A DNA stretch of 57,866 nt, filler included, from Sphacelaria rigidula (taxonomy: Eukaryota): assembly GCA_964200075.2 (NCBI GenBank). It is 8 parts of 8 records of this genome, joined end to end, with 100 filler letters (N's around TTAATTAATTAA, not from the genome) between each part and the next. Parts side by side here need not be neighbours in the genome. Positions count along the whole stretch, not along the records: positions 28,987 to 36,131 come from CAXNAA020016267.1; positions 36,232 to 43,376 come from CAXNAA020016268.1; positions 43,477 to 50,621 come from CAXNAA020016269.1; 5 more parts are not named here. One strand, given 5' to 3'. Made by a program: the position numbers and the translations under genes. Shown one piece after another: positions 35,425 through 47,300 of the stretch (position 1 is its first letter; each line of letters opens with the position of its first letter). The notes under the pieces are model-generated. The model ran no database searches. It saw nothing but the letters and a program-made list of their open reading frames with translations, and was not told where the DNA came from.

Positions 35425-36131
35425 GAGGAAATGGCGATGGCAATATAGCGTGAAGAACATGCAGAGAAAGAGATTGCCAGCTAGAGTAGAGTTGATGAGG
35501 CTGTATGGAAGAAAAGTACGAAAGGGCAAGCTGGAATAAGGTGGGATAGAGAAGTCGAGAAAGTGTTGAAGGGGATAGAAGGAAACCAAGACAAAATAGT
35601 GTCCATAGGTAAAGACGCGGGGTACAAGGCAAAAGTAAGAGACATGATCGAAATAAGGAAAAAAAGAGCGCTCAGACGCAAGGTAGACGAGGAAGAACAT
35701 CTGGAGATATACGGGTGGTTGAGAGAAGGGATCGGGATGAGAGCATATTTGCATGGCCCGATGGACGATGCAAAAAATATGAAATTGCGATTTCGGATGG
35801 GGGACCTGAACCTGCCCGAAAGAAGAAAGAAATATACCAGTCGTCGAAAGGAGAGGAAAGTAGATGGACAGAACTGCCTCTGTGGCAAAGGAATAGAGAG
35901 CAGAAGTCATCTGGTGGCAGAATGTGAGCTATACAAGGAGGAACAGGACGTGCTAGAGGGGGAAATACGGGACGTGAACAAAGGTGGCATGGAATCATTT
36001 GATGCATTAGACAGTAGGGAGAAAATGATGGCTCTACTAGGAGATGGATGGTGGCTCTACTAGGAGATGGATGGTGACCAGGGACGGCGAAACAGGACGG
36101 GGATAAGATATGTAAGAGGTTCTTGTGTGAT
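35425..36131 (+). mobile_element. 5'-truncated non-LTR retrotransposon (LINE) remnant, region C-terminal to RT
   Basis: Purine-rich and frameshifted. Encodes KLRFRMGDLNL...CLCGKGIESRSHLVAEC (CCHC-type knuckle). A 23-bp tandem duplication at 36031-36076 breaks the frame. Confidence 0.75.
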
Positions 36132-36231
36132 NNNNNNNNNNNNNNNNNNNNNNNNNNNNNNNNNNNNNNNNNNNNTTAATTAATTAANNNNNNNNNNNNN
36201 NNNNNNNNNNNNNNNNNNNNNNNNNNNNNNN
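36132..36231. other. Artificial 100-bp contig spacer
   Basis: N-run, TTAATTAATTAA, N-run. Confidence 0.97.
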
Positions 36232-36545
36232 TAGGGATGCGAGGTCAATGGTCTCATGACTATGGCATGCATGATCATGAGTACACCCCCTCCCTATCGT
36301 AGGATGACTCTGAACGTGTATCACGACCGTAAGGCACGTGGTAAGGTGCAGAGCATATTCAAATATCCTTAGGAATCAAAGCAAGAATCAAAGCAAAACA
36401 AAATGCTTACTATCCGCAACTGTACATATCAGACCCCATGCACACTTGAATATTTCCGGCACCCTTCCGCTCCCCTCGCCCCCCCCCGCCACCGCCGCTA
36501 CCCCTCGTGTTTGCACATCGTTATTTCACGTCTACATACGAAAAG

Positions 36546-36761
36546 ATGTACGGTGATGTTATTAAACGAGCGGCTAGGCGAGTTTGCGCAAGAGATAAAA
36601 GCATCCGTGGACCTACCGTTACCGGCAGCGGAGGTATCGCTTCACATTACTGCGAGGGATGGAGGTGGCAGTAGTTCGCACGCCGCTGTGCAGCGAGACT
36701 TGCTACTGCCAAGCAAGAACGCTGCTCTGCAGAACGCCCTTTTCGGAGTGTTGCTGGAAAG
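36546..36761 (+). CDS. CFAP47: CFAP47-like flagellar protein, internal exon a
   Basis: AG/GT bounded; CTVMLLNERLGEFAQEIKASVDLPLP...SKNAALQNAL; ends in phase 2. Confidence 0.65.
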
Positions 36762-37012
36762 GTCGGCTACTAGTACCCTAGGACACCTCACCGCGGATAT
36801 AATCAGGATAGACGACAAGCCTACAAGTGCGTTAGTCCCCTCCCCCCACCCCGCGCTACCACCCGTTTTAGTAGTTTATGTTGAGATTTTCTGTCCAGTC
36901 ATTATTCACGCTATTATTAGTCTGTGCACAGATTCTCCTACTCCGTTGCAGCATAAAAACAGGGCTATGCTCGTCCCCCCTTCCTCTTTCCCCTCTGTCC
37001 TCACCGAAGTAG

Positions 37013-37745
37013 ATTCCAAAGCGATCGTAGGACCCGGGCCAGGCAGGCAATGGCAGCAATCTGGGCGGACTCGGCAGAAACGTCATCATCAGCGATAACG
37101 TCAAAAGCACCGGTAACGGCGCCAAAACCACCACCACCAACAGCAGGAACAACAGTTCAGTGTATAGAGGAGCCCGCTTCATTCTCCATAGAAGTAGATT
37201 CTCCCTTCTTCCAACTTGCACGCGACAGCGTACTTCTGGCGCCGGAACCCCCAGGCGCCTGCGGTGGCAGCGGCAGCGGTGGCGGTACGGTTGCAAACGC
37301 CGCCGCCGGAGGCGGCAACGTTACAAGCCGAGGTGGGAATACGGCTCGTGGCGTACCTGGTGGTCCTGGAGGAGCCTCCAGAAATAAAAATCTCCCCAAA
37401 AAGGTGGAGCTCCTAGAGCCTAAGCCTCGGGGGAGCCACAGTGGTGGGAGGGCGGTAGGGGACCCTCGTGAACCGGCGGCAGCGGCGGCCGCTGCGGCGG
37501 CGACGGCTGGAGGTGTCGGGGGAGGTGTAAGCGGGGAGTCACCGACCGTGCCAGCTACGAACGTGGCTGTACTAAACTTTTTCCCGAGAGCTGCGGGAAC
37601 GTACCCGTGTAGGGTGTTGATTAAGCGAAGGACTAGGTATATTGTGGACGTGCGGTGTGTGGACATCGCGGGTTCGGTGGATGCTCCCCCGAAGGCTACA
37701 GCGCTGGTATTCCGAGCGCCCGCAGGGCAAAAGATAACTCAAGAG
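37013..37745 (+). CDS. CFAP47: CFAP47-like flagellar protein, internal exon b
   Basis: Pyrimidine tract plus TAG acceptor, phase 2. Encodes FSIEVDSPFF...FFPRAAGTYPCRVLI...DVR...LVFRAPAGQKITQE. Confidence 0.75.
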
Positions 37746-38363
37746 GTTCGAGGCACACAGTAGGATATTTGCGTCGTGAATTCCTTAGAATAAACAAGTT
37801 TACATGTAGTCTCTGGTATACACGTCTTGAAGGGGCCAACCTTGTTGTGAAGGGAGCTACAATAGTAAATGCTGGTCTCTGTCAACTCATTTTTCGAGGG
37901 GTTTCGTTTCGAAAGAAGTAAAAATTGGCGTTTTTTAGTCAGCCAAGCCGAAGATACGGCTTCAGTCATAGGTATGGGAGGTTTCTTTCGAAAAGGTGCC
38001 CTTCTGACCATGCTTGGCGTTCGCACTGACTGTCCCACCAGCTGTTGTAGTTCTCGAGAGAAGACATCATGTATCAGGACACGTATTTTCGACCTGGTGC
38101 TCAGAGGTGATGATAGTTCGTTCAACTCGTGGCCAATCCCCCCCCCCTCCCCCCGCTCCGGCGAAAACCCGGCATGCTTCGTCCCGGTTTTGTAGGGGTG
38201 CGAGATCAATGGTCATATGACTATGGCATGCGAGGTTCTGAGTACACCTCCCTCCCCTCACCCCTGGCCCCCATCGATGGTCACATGACTCCGGCATGCA
38301 AGATCATAAGTACAACCCCCCTCCTCCCGCGTCTCCACGAATGTACCCCGATATTCGTGCCAG

Positions 38364-38468
38364 ATCCCAATCCACAACAACGGGGAAGTGCCGTGGACAT
38401 TGAACGCAGGTCCACGTCAACCGCCGTTCAGCGGACCAAATCAGCTCGTCGTCCCAGCGCGGGGCTCG
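38364..38468 (+). CDS. CFAP47: CFAP47-like flagellar protein, internal exon c
   Basis: CAG / GTGAGT boundaries; IPIHNNGEVPWTLNAGPRQPPFSGPNQLVVPARGS; phase 0-0. Confidence 0.8.
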
Positions 38469-39054
38469 GTGAGTGTCTTCCATTTTCGGCCTCGGTTCTC
38501 CCCTTGCTCACTCAGAAACGAGGAGCATGAAAGAGTGGAACCAATTTTCACGGGGAGAGTAATGATTAACGACGATATCCTTACACTCAGAGGCCATCCG
38601 GGTAGCTCTGCTGCGTGGCGAGATACTCTCGATACGCTCAACAATATACCCACGCCTTCCGCTAACGCCTCGCCTCTCTCTGTACTACTGCTGCCGCTAG
38701 TTGCGGCGGTATAGATGGCATACTATAAGAACGGAAAGCTCGTTCAAGAAACAAACAACGTTGACGTGTCTACCGTGGGTCGTTCTTTGCGGTCCTCACC
38801 TATCGACGGAGGGCTTACATCCATCGATAATTGCCCTTCCACCCGCTCGTTTACTACTTGAAGTGTGGATAAAACTCATCCACCCGTATGACCCACACAC
38901 CCCCTACAAAAAACCGAATGGGGACACTCCTTGTCGAAATAAACAATGATTATTCTGGTTTGCGTCTGAGCTTCACCGAGCGGCGACGACGACGATGCAC
39001 AATTTACGTTTCTCTTTCGGACACCACGCTGTTTTTGTTGGTCGAGCAAAACAG

Positions 39055-39277
39055 GCCTCCTATCCGCTGACCTTTAATCCGCTGCGCTCAAGCAAAGAAG
39101 AGTTTTCCACGAAGCTAGTGCTGGCGGATCTCCGCGACAAGAACAAACCGACGAAATTCGAGTTTGACCTGAGGGGTACCGCAGAAGAACCACTGGCAGA
39201 AGGTCACAGGGTCGTGAGGTGTTCAGCCCGGGAGAGGGTAGAGCAATCCTTCACGCTTCGAAATTCGTCTACGAAAG
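39055..39277 (+). CDS. CFAP47: CFAP47-like flagellar protein, internal exon d
   Basis: ASYPLTFNP...FDLRGTAEEPLAEGHRVVRCSARE; phase 0-1. Family recognised from memory of the GEEPLAE motif. Confidence 0.82.
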
Positions 39278-40536
39278 GTGAACGCAGCCAGAAAGGGAGA
39301 CTGTGACCCAGGGGGAAATCGGCAAAGAGGTCGGTGGTAGGGAGTGAAGCAAGGTCATTGCCGGAACATGAAACGTCGCCTAGGTCTTATTTCGACTCGC
39401 GATGTTTCGATTTTGGGGTAAACACCTAAAAAACTAACACATTCACGTGAGAGGGTCGACGCGCCCGGTAGGGTAAGTCCTGCTTCCGGCGCTTGGCAGG
39501 GTTGGGCGAAGAATAACAGGAGTTCGAATATATATGCATATATACATATATATACATACGGGAGTGTACTCGTTGCTGTTCGTACTTTCATGTCAAACAA
39601 TTGACAACTGTTGCATCACGCGTCCCCCGAAAGGACGGTGGAAAGGGGGCGAAGATGGGTAGAAATTACTTTTATTTTCCGTGGTAATAATGTTTCACCG
39701 ACGTCCACGAGTCATCTAGGGAACGGAGCTTCGTTTCCAGAAGAGCGATCGATCATGGCCACTCGCTTTTTCTCTAGCCGAACGGTGTCTCCGAGAAGTT
39801 TCTGCCCGTTTCTGTTTCTGGCACGTTTTCAGTACAACGGAGGAAGGGGTAAGGAGGCATCGAATACCGCCACGCGTGGCGGGCTGACAACTCAGAAACA
39901 TGAGTGCAGTTGTCTAATTATCCTGCAAGACGCAGGACTACTCGTGGAATTCGCGTACAATCCTTTTCACGAATACAGGGGGCATCAGCCTTGCAATCTC
40001 GGAAGGTTGGTTTTCGAGGCCAAAATATAAAAGAGAAAAATCTTGTTCGAGACGCTAACATCAGAAATACGGCGTTGGTATGAGATGATACGGATATTTT
40101 CGGCCACAAAAACGCACAACAAATGTGGTTGGGTGCTTTTCGAGTCGTGGCGAACAGTTGAACACGTCCTGTATCGGCTCACCCCATACATACAGACTTA
40201 TGCTCCTCATTCACTCTCGTGTGATGAAAAAAAATGTGAAAGCGACACTTAAAGGTCGACGGGTAATCATGTTTCTTCTCCCGGCGACGATGGAGGGAAG
40301 CTGCGTGTTTCTCACGGGTAGCCAGCCACGGAACATGATGCGTTTGCGGGGATTGTCCTTCTCGCGCCGACTGCCGGCTACACCCGCACATTCAGTGGCT
40401 CCCAAGCTATGTGCTGGTTTCGCGCGCCTACACGACGTCCTCCGCTCGCACGAAAACATCTTCGGAAGGGCGATGACTGACGAACCTGTACACATAGTAA
40501 AGGAGACACTGTGCGTACCGTGTGCAATATCTGCAG

Positions 40537-40715
40537 ATTTGGAGTATACCGTGGAAAGCGATCTTCCAGGCATCACCGGAAGCCCAGGGCTAACAGTCCC
40601 GGCCAGGGGAGAAGCGGAGTACCGGCTTTCGATGTGTCCACAATTCGGAGGTGTTTTCACGGGATCACTGACGTTTACGGCACCCGGAGGATTGATCACG
40701 TGGTACACTGTCGAG
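40537..40715 (+). CDS. CFAP47: CFAP47-like flagellar protein, internal exon e
   Basis: DLEYTVESDLPGITG...GGVFTGSLTFTAPGGLITWYTVE; phase 1-0. Confidence 0.85.
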
Positions 40716-41359
40716 GTGGGAGTTTCCCTCGAAAACCAAGCTTTTTCTCCGTACACTTTCCTGCCGGTGTATGGTGGAGTAGTGTGGTACCTCCCTTCAT
40801 TATTACTTTCTTCGTGGATGAGAGCAGTGGTAGTAGATGAGCTGCAAAATTTTCGTTCCCATTGCCTTTTGTTTTCTACGACTGGGCGTGAGTCTGGTTC
40901 TGCGCAAGACCTTGTACGCCGAAGCCCTGTGGCAGAGACCGACCATTTCTTTTTCTTTCTCTCTTTCTTCGAGTTTATTTGGGTTTCTTTCCACGTATTA
41001 TTCTCTTTTTTTCACGCCTTAGTCTACTATGTTGTTCTGTTTAAAAAATTGTGTTTATTTTTTCCCCTCAGCGAGTGTTTTCAGTTTCGTTTTGTCTTGG
41101 GTACTTCTATCATGCGACCACGGCTGGATCCCTGGAGAATCAGTTAGAGTGCGACAACCAATCAATCGGTCAATGAATTAAGAGTCAGTGTTCATGTCCT
41201 GTGAGTCATTTCCGACCGCACGGTTCAAGTCTTCAGGTGATGGATCTCGTAGTAGCCATGAAGCATTATACCCGAGCAGATGTCCGTCATGTGGCCCCAC
41301 TCCCGTTGACCTGCAAAACGCCGCATTTGGACGTCGCTGCGTATTCCACGTGCGAACAG

Positions 41360-41488
41360 ATCCAGGCCTCAAACCCATTAGAAGAGGATGTAGTGGCCAT
41401 CAGTACCGTGCTTCGACAAGCGGTTAGTGTGGAGATATCGCTGTCCAACCCTCTCGAGGAGGACCTTCAGTTTCAGGTCTCCCTCCAG
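41360..41488 (+). CDS. CFAP47: CFAP47-like flagellar protein, internal exon f
   Basis: IQASNP...VLRQAVSVEISLSNPLEEDLQFQVSLQ; phase 0-0. Confidence 0.85.
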
Positions 41489-42393
41489 GTGGGGACACCC
41501 GCTATTTTTCATTGAGGCATCTTCAACTAGTCGATGAACTCTAGCTTTTCGCGACAGGGCTGTGGTAGCTCTTTCTGTAGTATCTACCTTGTGAACTCGG
41601 TAGCTCTCCCTCCTAACAACTCTGTTGGTGGTGGTTTTGGTGGGATTCTTGACAAACTCTAGTGTCTCCGACCATGTGCCGCCGCAGGAATCGCTTCTTG
41701 ACTCTGAAACCGTAGGAACACGCAAGAGGCTACTCGACCCTCGGTTTCACCCTATTCCCATCTGAAAATACATTTACGACCGCGGCCCAAGTCGCCACAG
41801 TACGACATTCGCCAAGTGTGGCACAGGCGTTCAGCAACCATAGAGAGTAACCCAGAGAAACACCCCGCTCCGGAGAACACCTGTAGACCTAAAACGCAAT
41901 TCTCCGTGAACGCCACAGCAGCCCTACCTCATTAACCCCCTACCCTTCCGCCTGATCCCTTTGTGTGGTTCATATCTGTACTTGAACCGGCTTTTTTTGA
42001 CGCACCACAAAAACATGTGATTGCTCGCGCACACACTGAACAAGGTTTGCACGTGATCTGCGTATTTAGGGCTCAAAATGTGTCCACCTGGCTTCACCAC
42101 GTACCGATTTACAGCGCAAAGTCTTGTTGTCTTCAACGATCACGAGGGATCGCGCGACAAGAGCCACTTCATAGACAACCCCATCTAATAAAGAACTCGC
42201 TTCAACGTTTTAAATACTGCGGTGTATGTTGGGTCTGCGCTTCCACTCCAGAGCTAGGATATATACGTGGTGCCATACAATAACGCACTCGCAGCAGCGC
42301 TAACAAAGTGCGGTTGATTATCCCCCATTTTACTCGTACCAAACAACCGCCTATAAATATTGAAACGCCGATCGTTGATCATGCCGAAAACAG

Positions 42394-42575
42394 GGCGAGG
42401 GATTACTGGGAGATCCAACGTTTTCGCTGGCCCCCCTCGCGAGCTCCACGTACACCCTCTACTACTCCCCACTGAGGGTCCAATCACACTCCGGAAGCAT
42501 CACCTTCGCCGCTGCCGCCGTGGGGGAGTTCTGGTACCGCCTAGACCTAAGGGCCGATCCTTGCCCTCCTGTCAG
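42394..42575 (+). CDS. CFAP47: CFAP47-like flagellar protein, internal exon g (not in the ORF track)
   Basis: CAG / GTGAG boundaries; GEGLLGDPTFSLAPLASSTYTLYYSPL...GSITFAAAAVGEFWYRLDLRA. Confidence 0.85.
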
Positions 42576-43376
42576 GTGAGCATTGCTGTACAGAATCTGT
42601 AACGAAATAAACCCAGGCATTGTTGAGGTCACCTTTTGATTGTTTATTTCGCGAGGTAGTAGCACGCACACACCAGTTGAGAACGACAAGAGCTATCTGG
42701 CTACATGTATGAAGCAAAGAACCAGCGCCAACAATTATGGTTTAGTGAGGTCTGTGTTCATCGACGCATTTTGAGACTTCTGGGTTTTCGCGTCCATGTA
42801 TCTGTACATGTATATCTATGTATACATTCATATCATGAGTCCCTGTCCCCCTTCGGACAGGTTTAAAGACACGAGGGATCAGCCCCTCTCTCTTCCGGAA
42901 CCTATCCAACAACACCTTCTCGAGCAGTATTGTATTATGTCCATCAGTACTCTCGCTTATCATGTATTTGGACGAAGGATACCAATAAAATAACTACTTA
43001 CCGTCAGAATTTGACGATGAAATTTGCTGAGGGATTTCGCGTGAAAGCGCCTGGAAGGAGGCTCGCCAATCCATTTTGCCCCGAATTCGCTCGAATAAGA
43101 CTCTCATGAGGTTGTTTTGAGAGCTGTACTTCACCGCGTGTACAAAGTGTGCTGCAGTCACCCCAATTGTTCAGACCAGAAGTAGATATCAGCCGCTGGT
43201 ACTACGTACGACAGAGGAGGCACAAAAACCGAAACTTCAATACACAGCCAAGGGTCTGTCGAGAGAAAAGTTTCGGACACGGAGCCCCCCCCCCCCTCCT
43301 GTTGCGCTTGGTGATTGAGTGCGAGCCTGATCCGGCGAAAACCCGGCGTGCTCCGTCTCGGCTTTGTAGGGATGCG

Positions 43377-43476
43377 NNNNNNNNNNNNNNNNNNNNNNNN
43401 NNNNNNNNNNNNNNNNNNNNTTAATTAATTAANNNNNNNNNNNNNNNNNNNNNNNNNNNNNNNNNNNNNNNNNNNN
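43377..43476. other. Artificial 100-bp contig spacer
   Basis: N-run, TTAATTAATTAA, N-run. Confidence 0.97.
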
Positions 43477-44358
43477 ATTCATTCACTGATTGACCGCTTT
43501 TCACTCTCAATCGTATCATCTACTCTCAATCTCACGAAAACACTGTTCATTGAAATAATGCCGATTGTAGCGTACCCTCACATACTTCATGAGTTTGTGA
43601 GCATTGGATGAGATGAAGGACTTCACATCTGATAAATATGTTTTGCAACCCTCCTACCGCGGCATGACGCAAGGGTATTCTGTATCCTGCTTGCTGTGCT
43701 GACAGACGAGCAGATCAGTTGCCGGGGCCACCCAAGGGTCTTCGAGCTGGATAGATCTGTGTCCTTTCGTTTCCCGCATGAAAACCGAAGCAGCACCGCA
43801 CAGTCACCAAGATTATCACGTCTGGAGAGCCATTTCCACCCTGTTCGGGGCGCTCTCGAAGAGCGTTCATGGTTAATAAATGGATATTCTGATTACAGGA
43901 TGTAACGAGTACCTTCCAACAAACTTACATTCGTCCCGCAACTCAAGACAAGGCCCGCACCGAAGATCTTTCCTGTACTCTTCTACCCACTAGGGAAGAT
44001 CCGACATGCACGGTGCGGAAGCTACTACTGCTTCCGCCCTCTTTCATGAAAAACACCGTCTATCGATTGACACACTTTGGGGAACAACAAAAAACGATAG
44101 AATCACGTGCCAACCCTCACCAATGAATACTCATGGTGTTCTTTTCTCATACACGCATCCGGCTGCTCGTTCTCACGACGACCGTCGTCACGGCACGGTA
44201 TAGTACAGCCTTGACACCCCCATTAGACGGTAAATACGAAAACAGCATTGAACCCGGCTACAATAAAAGCACACATTTTCCTCCTTACTATTATTATCCT
44301 TCTATTTGTCTCCTGTTTTCTCTTTTCTTGCTCTATTCCCTCATTTTTTCTCTCCTCA

Positions 44359-47300
44359 TTAGCCTCCCCCCTCCGACGAAAAAGCCTGGAACCCCCAGAC
44401 TCGCACGGTCCCGAGCCAGACCTCGAACCCCGTGTCCACCACGCGCAATTCGTACTCTTGGCTTTCGGGCAGGTACAGCTCTTTTTGAGCCGAAAACCAT
44501 CGTCGCAACCCTCTCTCCTCTTCCACCAACTCCGCAGGTTTCACGGTCACCACCTCAAAGCCCTTCATAATCTCCTGTTTCGGTTTGGTTTGTTCATCAT
44601 CGGCGCAGGTAGGCGAGAGGAACACAGAGGGCGGCAACGACCGGGAGCAGCAAGTTGGCGGCTTACTTATCGTTGCAGTTCAAATAATATCTGCTGTAGT
44701 ACGCTTCAAGTGGAGTGTCGGTGTTCATGTCGTCTTTTTTACTGGTGATTGCAAACTCTCTGGCAATTACTGTATTTTTGGGGTTGTGTAATATCGTTTT
44801 CCCCACGTCCAACCCCTTCCCTTCTTCGAGACGAGTCCGCGCTCCAATGGTCTCAAAGGACCAACCAATATCTCCTCCCCCCCAGTAAACGCCTCACAAT
44901 TCGGCATCGCGGATAGGAGCATGACAGACACTCCCGCATCGCGTCGACTTCCGTCAAATTTTCTTCGTTACGCACGTCCTCACGCTTTTAATAACGTAAA
45001 TCAGATTGCTGCTGCTGCTGTTGTTGTTGTTGTCTTCGCATCAAAAATATTTCCGATATCTGCGCAGTACTCTTCACTGGGCATCTGATGCGGACGCCTT
45101 ACTCCGTGGCCATAGGCTAACTACCCAAATAAGGTATAAGAAATTCAAGAAAATAAAATTGGAACCAGAAAAATTCGCCCAGACGCGACACAATAAAGAA
45201 AACAAAGCAAACAGACGAAAAATGATGATAAAAAAGAGAAGAGGAAAAAAATCAAAATAAAAAAAGAAGATTCTGCACATAAACAAAATAGTGTAGACGT
45301 ATCTGGCGGGAATCTAACCCGCGTTTTCTTTCTTTGTGGATGACGGCGAGCCACCCTGCCGAAACCCTCGCGTCATCACCCTGAGAATTGGCGTTGGTCT
45401 AGAAGGAAGACAGACCCCTTGAATGATATGGTTGTTATCACGTATTGCTTGGACTTGCAAATTTTGTGACCTGATGGACAAGATGAATCCTAGCAATTTT
45501 CCCCAGATGGTAGGTGTTGAAGTGTTGTGATGAAGTTCCTTATTGAGCCATTCAGTAAAGCAGTGAATGACGAGGAAATACTCGAAAGCAGAAAGACACT
45601 TATGGTGAAGAGCGCGGTGGATCCGAGATTTCTTCCAGTGACAAAGCACAACGACAACAACAACAACAACAGACGGGCCGGTAGAAGAAGGTCACGATTC
45701 AGTCAGCTGTGCGTATATGATTATTTTTCCTGAAACAAATTGGCGTGACGTAATACAACCCAACACGACAGCAGCAAAAACAACAGCAACGGGTCATGAC
45801 ACAAGGAGCAACCACAAATGGATAATGACAACAGCAACAACTTACTAATTCTCCCCGGTTGGTGACCCGGAGGTACCCTTGCGACATGGACCGGGACTTC
45901 TCGCTTATCCATCGCGGCTTCTTTTGAACCTGTTGGCACGTGATACCCGCTCGTGTGGCCTCCTCGGACGGGCAGGAGAAAGTCTTACGCTGCCTTTGGT
46001 CCTTGCCCTGCCTCCGTCGCCTCCACTTCTCGAAGAAACCCTGCGCCGTAGCAGCAAGCATACAGTTTATCATGATGTATATCAATCGTTACCAGGGCGA
46101 CTCATATACATGGCGATCGGTGTGTGAGAAAGACAAGATGCCTCGGTGTAGTTTATTGAACAGTTTCCTGTAATGTCAGAGGGTGATGATGCATGTATTT
46201 TTGAGTCATAATATTTCTTTTCTGGACAACATGTTCTTTGTGACAACAGTGGGAAAAATATTCCATAATCAAGACACCCGAAAATACGCCCTGTGAGCGA
46301 AAGAAAACCGTGGGCAGTGGTCGTGGCTCGCGTTACACACAGTACGGTGACGCGGCATTTCACAAAAGCGGTATATAGTGTGCGTTGGCACCGCAACAGG
46401 TATTTCTAAGCACCTGGCATTATCGTGTAGACATTTCCTGTGGTGTCCATACAAACCCCGAAAATTACACCGACATAGTAGGTGCACATTTTGGGGGGAG
46501 TGGATACACCAACATATCTACGCTGTGCCACAAACGTTCGACCAGTGCAGCCATGCTGACAGTATCACAAAGCGTCAAGGATGCCAGCCTAGTAAGTGGA
46601 CTGAAATACGTTCAAATAGCTTCCATCGATCGAATAGTGTGAGATACTCCCACATTTCATCGGAGAGCGTAAGATTGCATCTATTATTCTACACATATCT
46701 GTACACAAACCAGCCACTCGAATCGGTCTGGCGAGATATCTGACGGGAATTCCAGTCGTCTGTGTGTAGACTCTGATGTATTTCGACACCTGAACGTTTC
46801 ATCAGTGGATGCATATTCTTCCTCTCCGTTCTTATGACTATGGCAGGCACGATCCTGAGTACCCCCCTCCCCTCTCCCCCCCTGCTTGCGACAGGTCCGT
46901 GGCCTCAAGGGATCATGAACCCATGGTCACAAGGAATCAACCCATCCACCCCTCTCCCCCCGCATACCCCATGTTTTTCGGGATCGCGGATTGGATCAGC
47001 ACTACTTCAACACCGCGTCAAGTGTCGTCTAACAAACTCAGCCGAACACACTCTTGTTTTCTACTCACGTACGTCCTCAAGCTTTCAACCATGGAAATCA
47101 GATCCAAATACTTTCTCTGAGAAACAAGCCAAACTAGAGGCATCTATCTGGCGAGAATCGAGCCCGCGATTTTCCCGCCCAATTGATGTCAGTCGTACCA
47201 TTTTAATGCAGATCACCGGGGCTATGGAGTTCCACACACTCAAGTGAACACGAAGATCTGGAATTCGGTACCTTCACCTTCTTCACTGGCTGGCCAGAAA

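Noticed and set aside
36232-43376. Contig ends overlap (TAGGGATGCG), suggesting a circular element
   Set aside because: Both ends lie in the same high-copy repeat family, and the contig holds ordinary internal exons; this is an assembly break.
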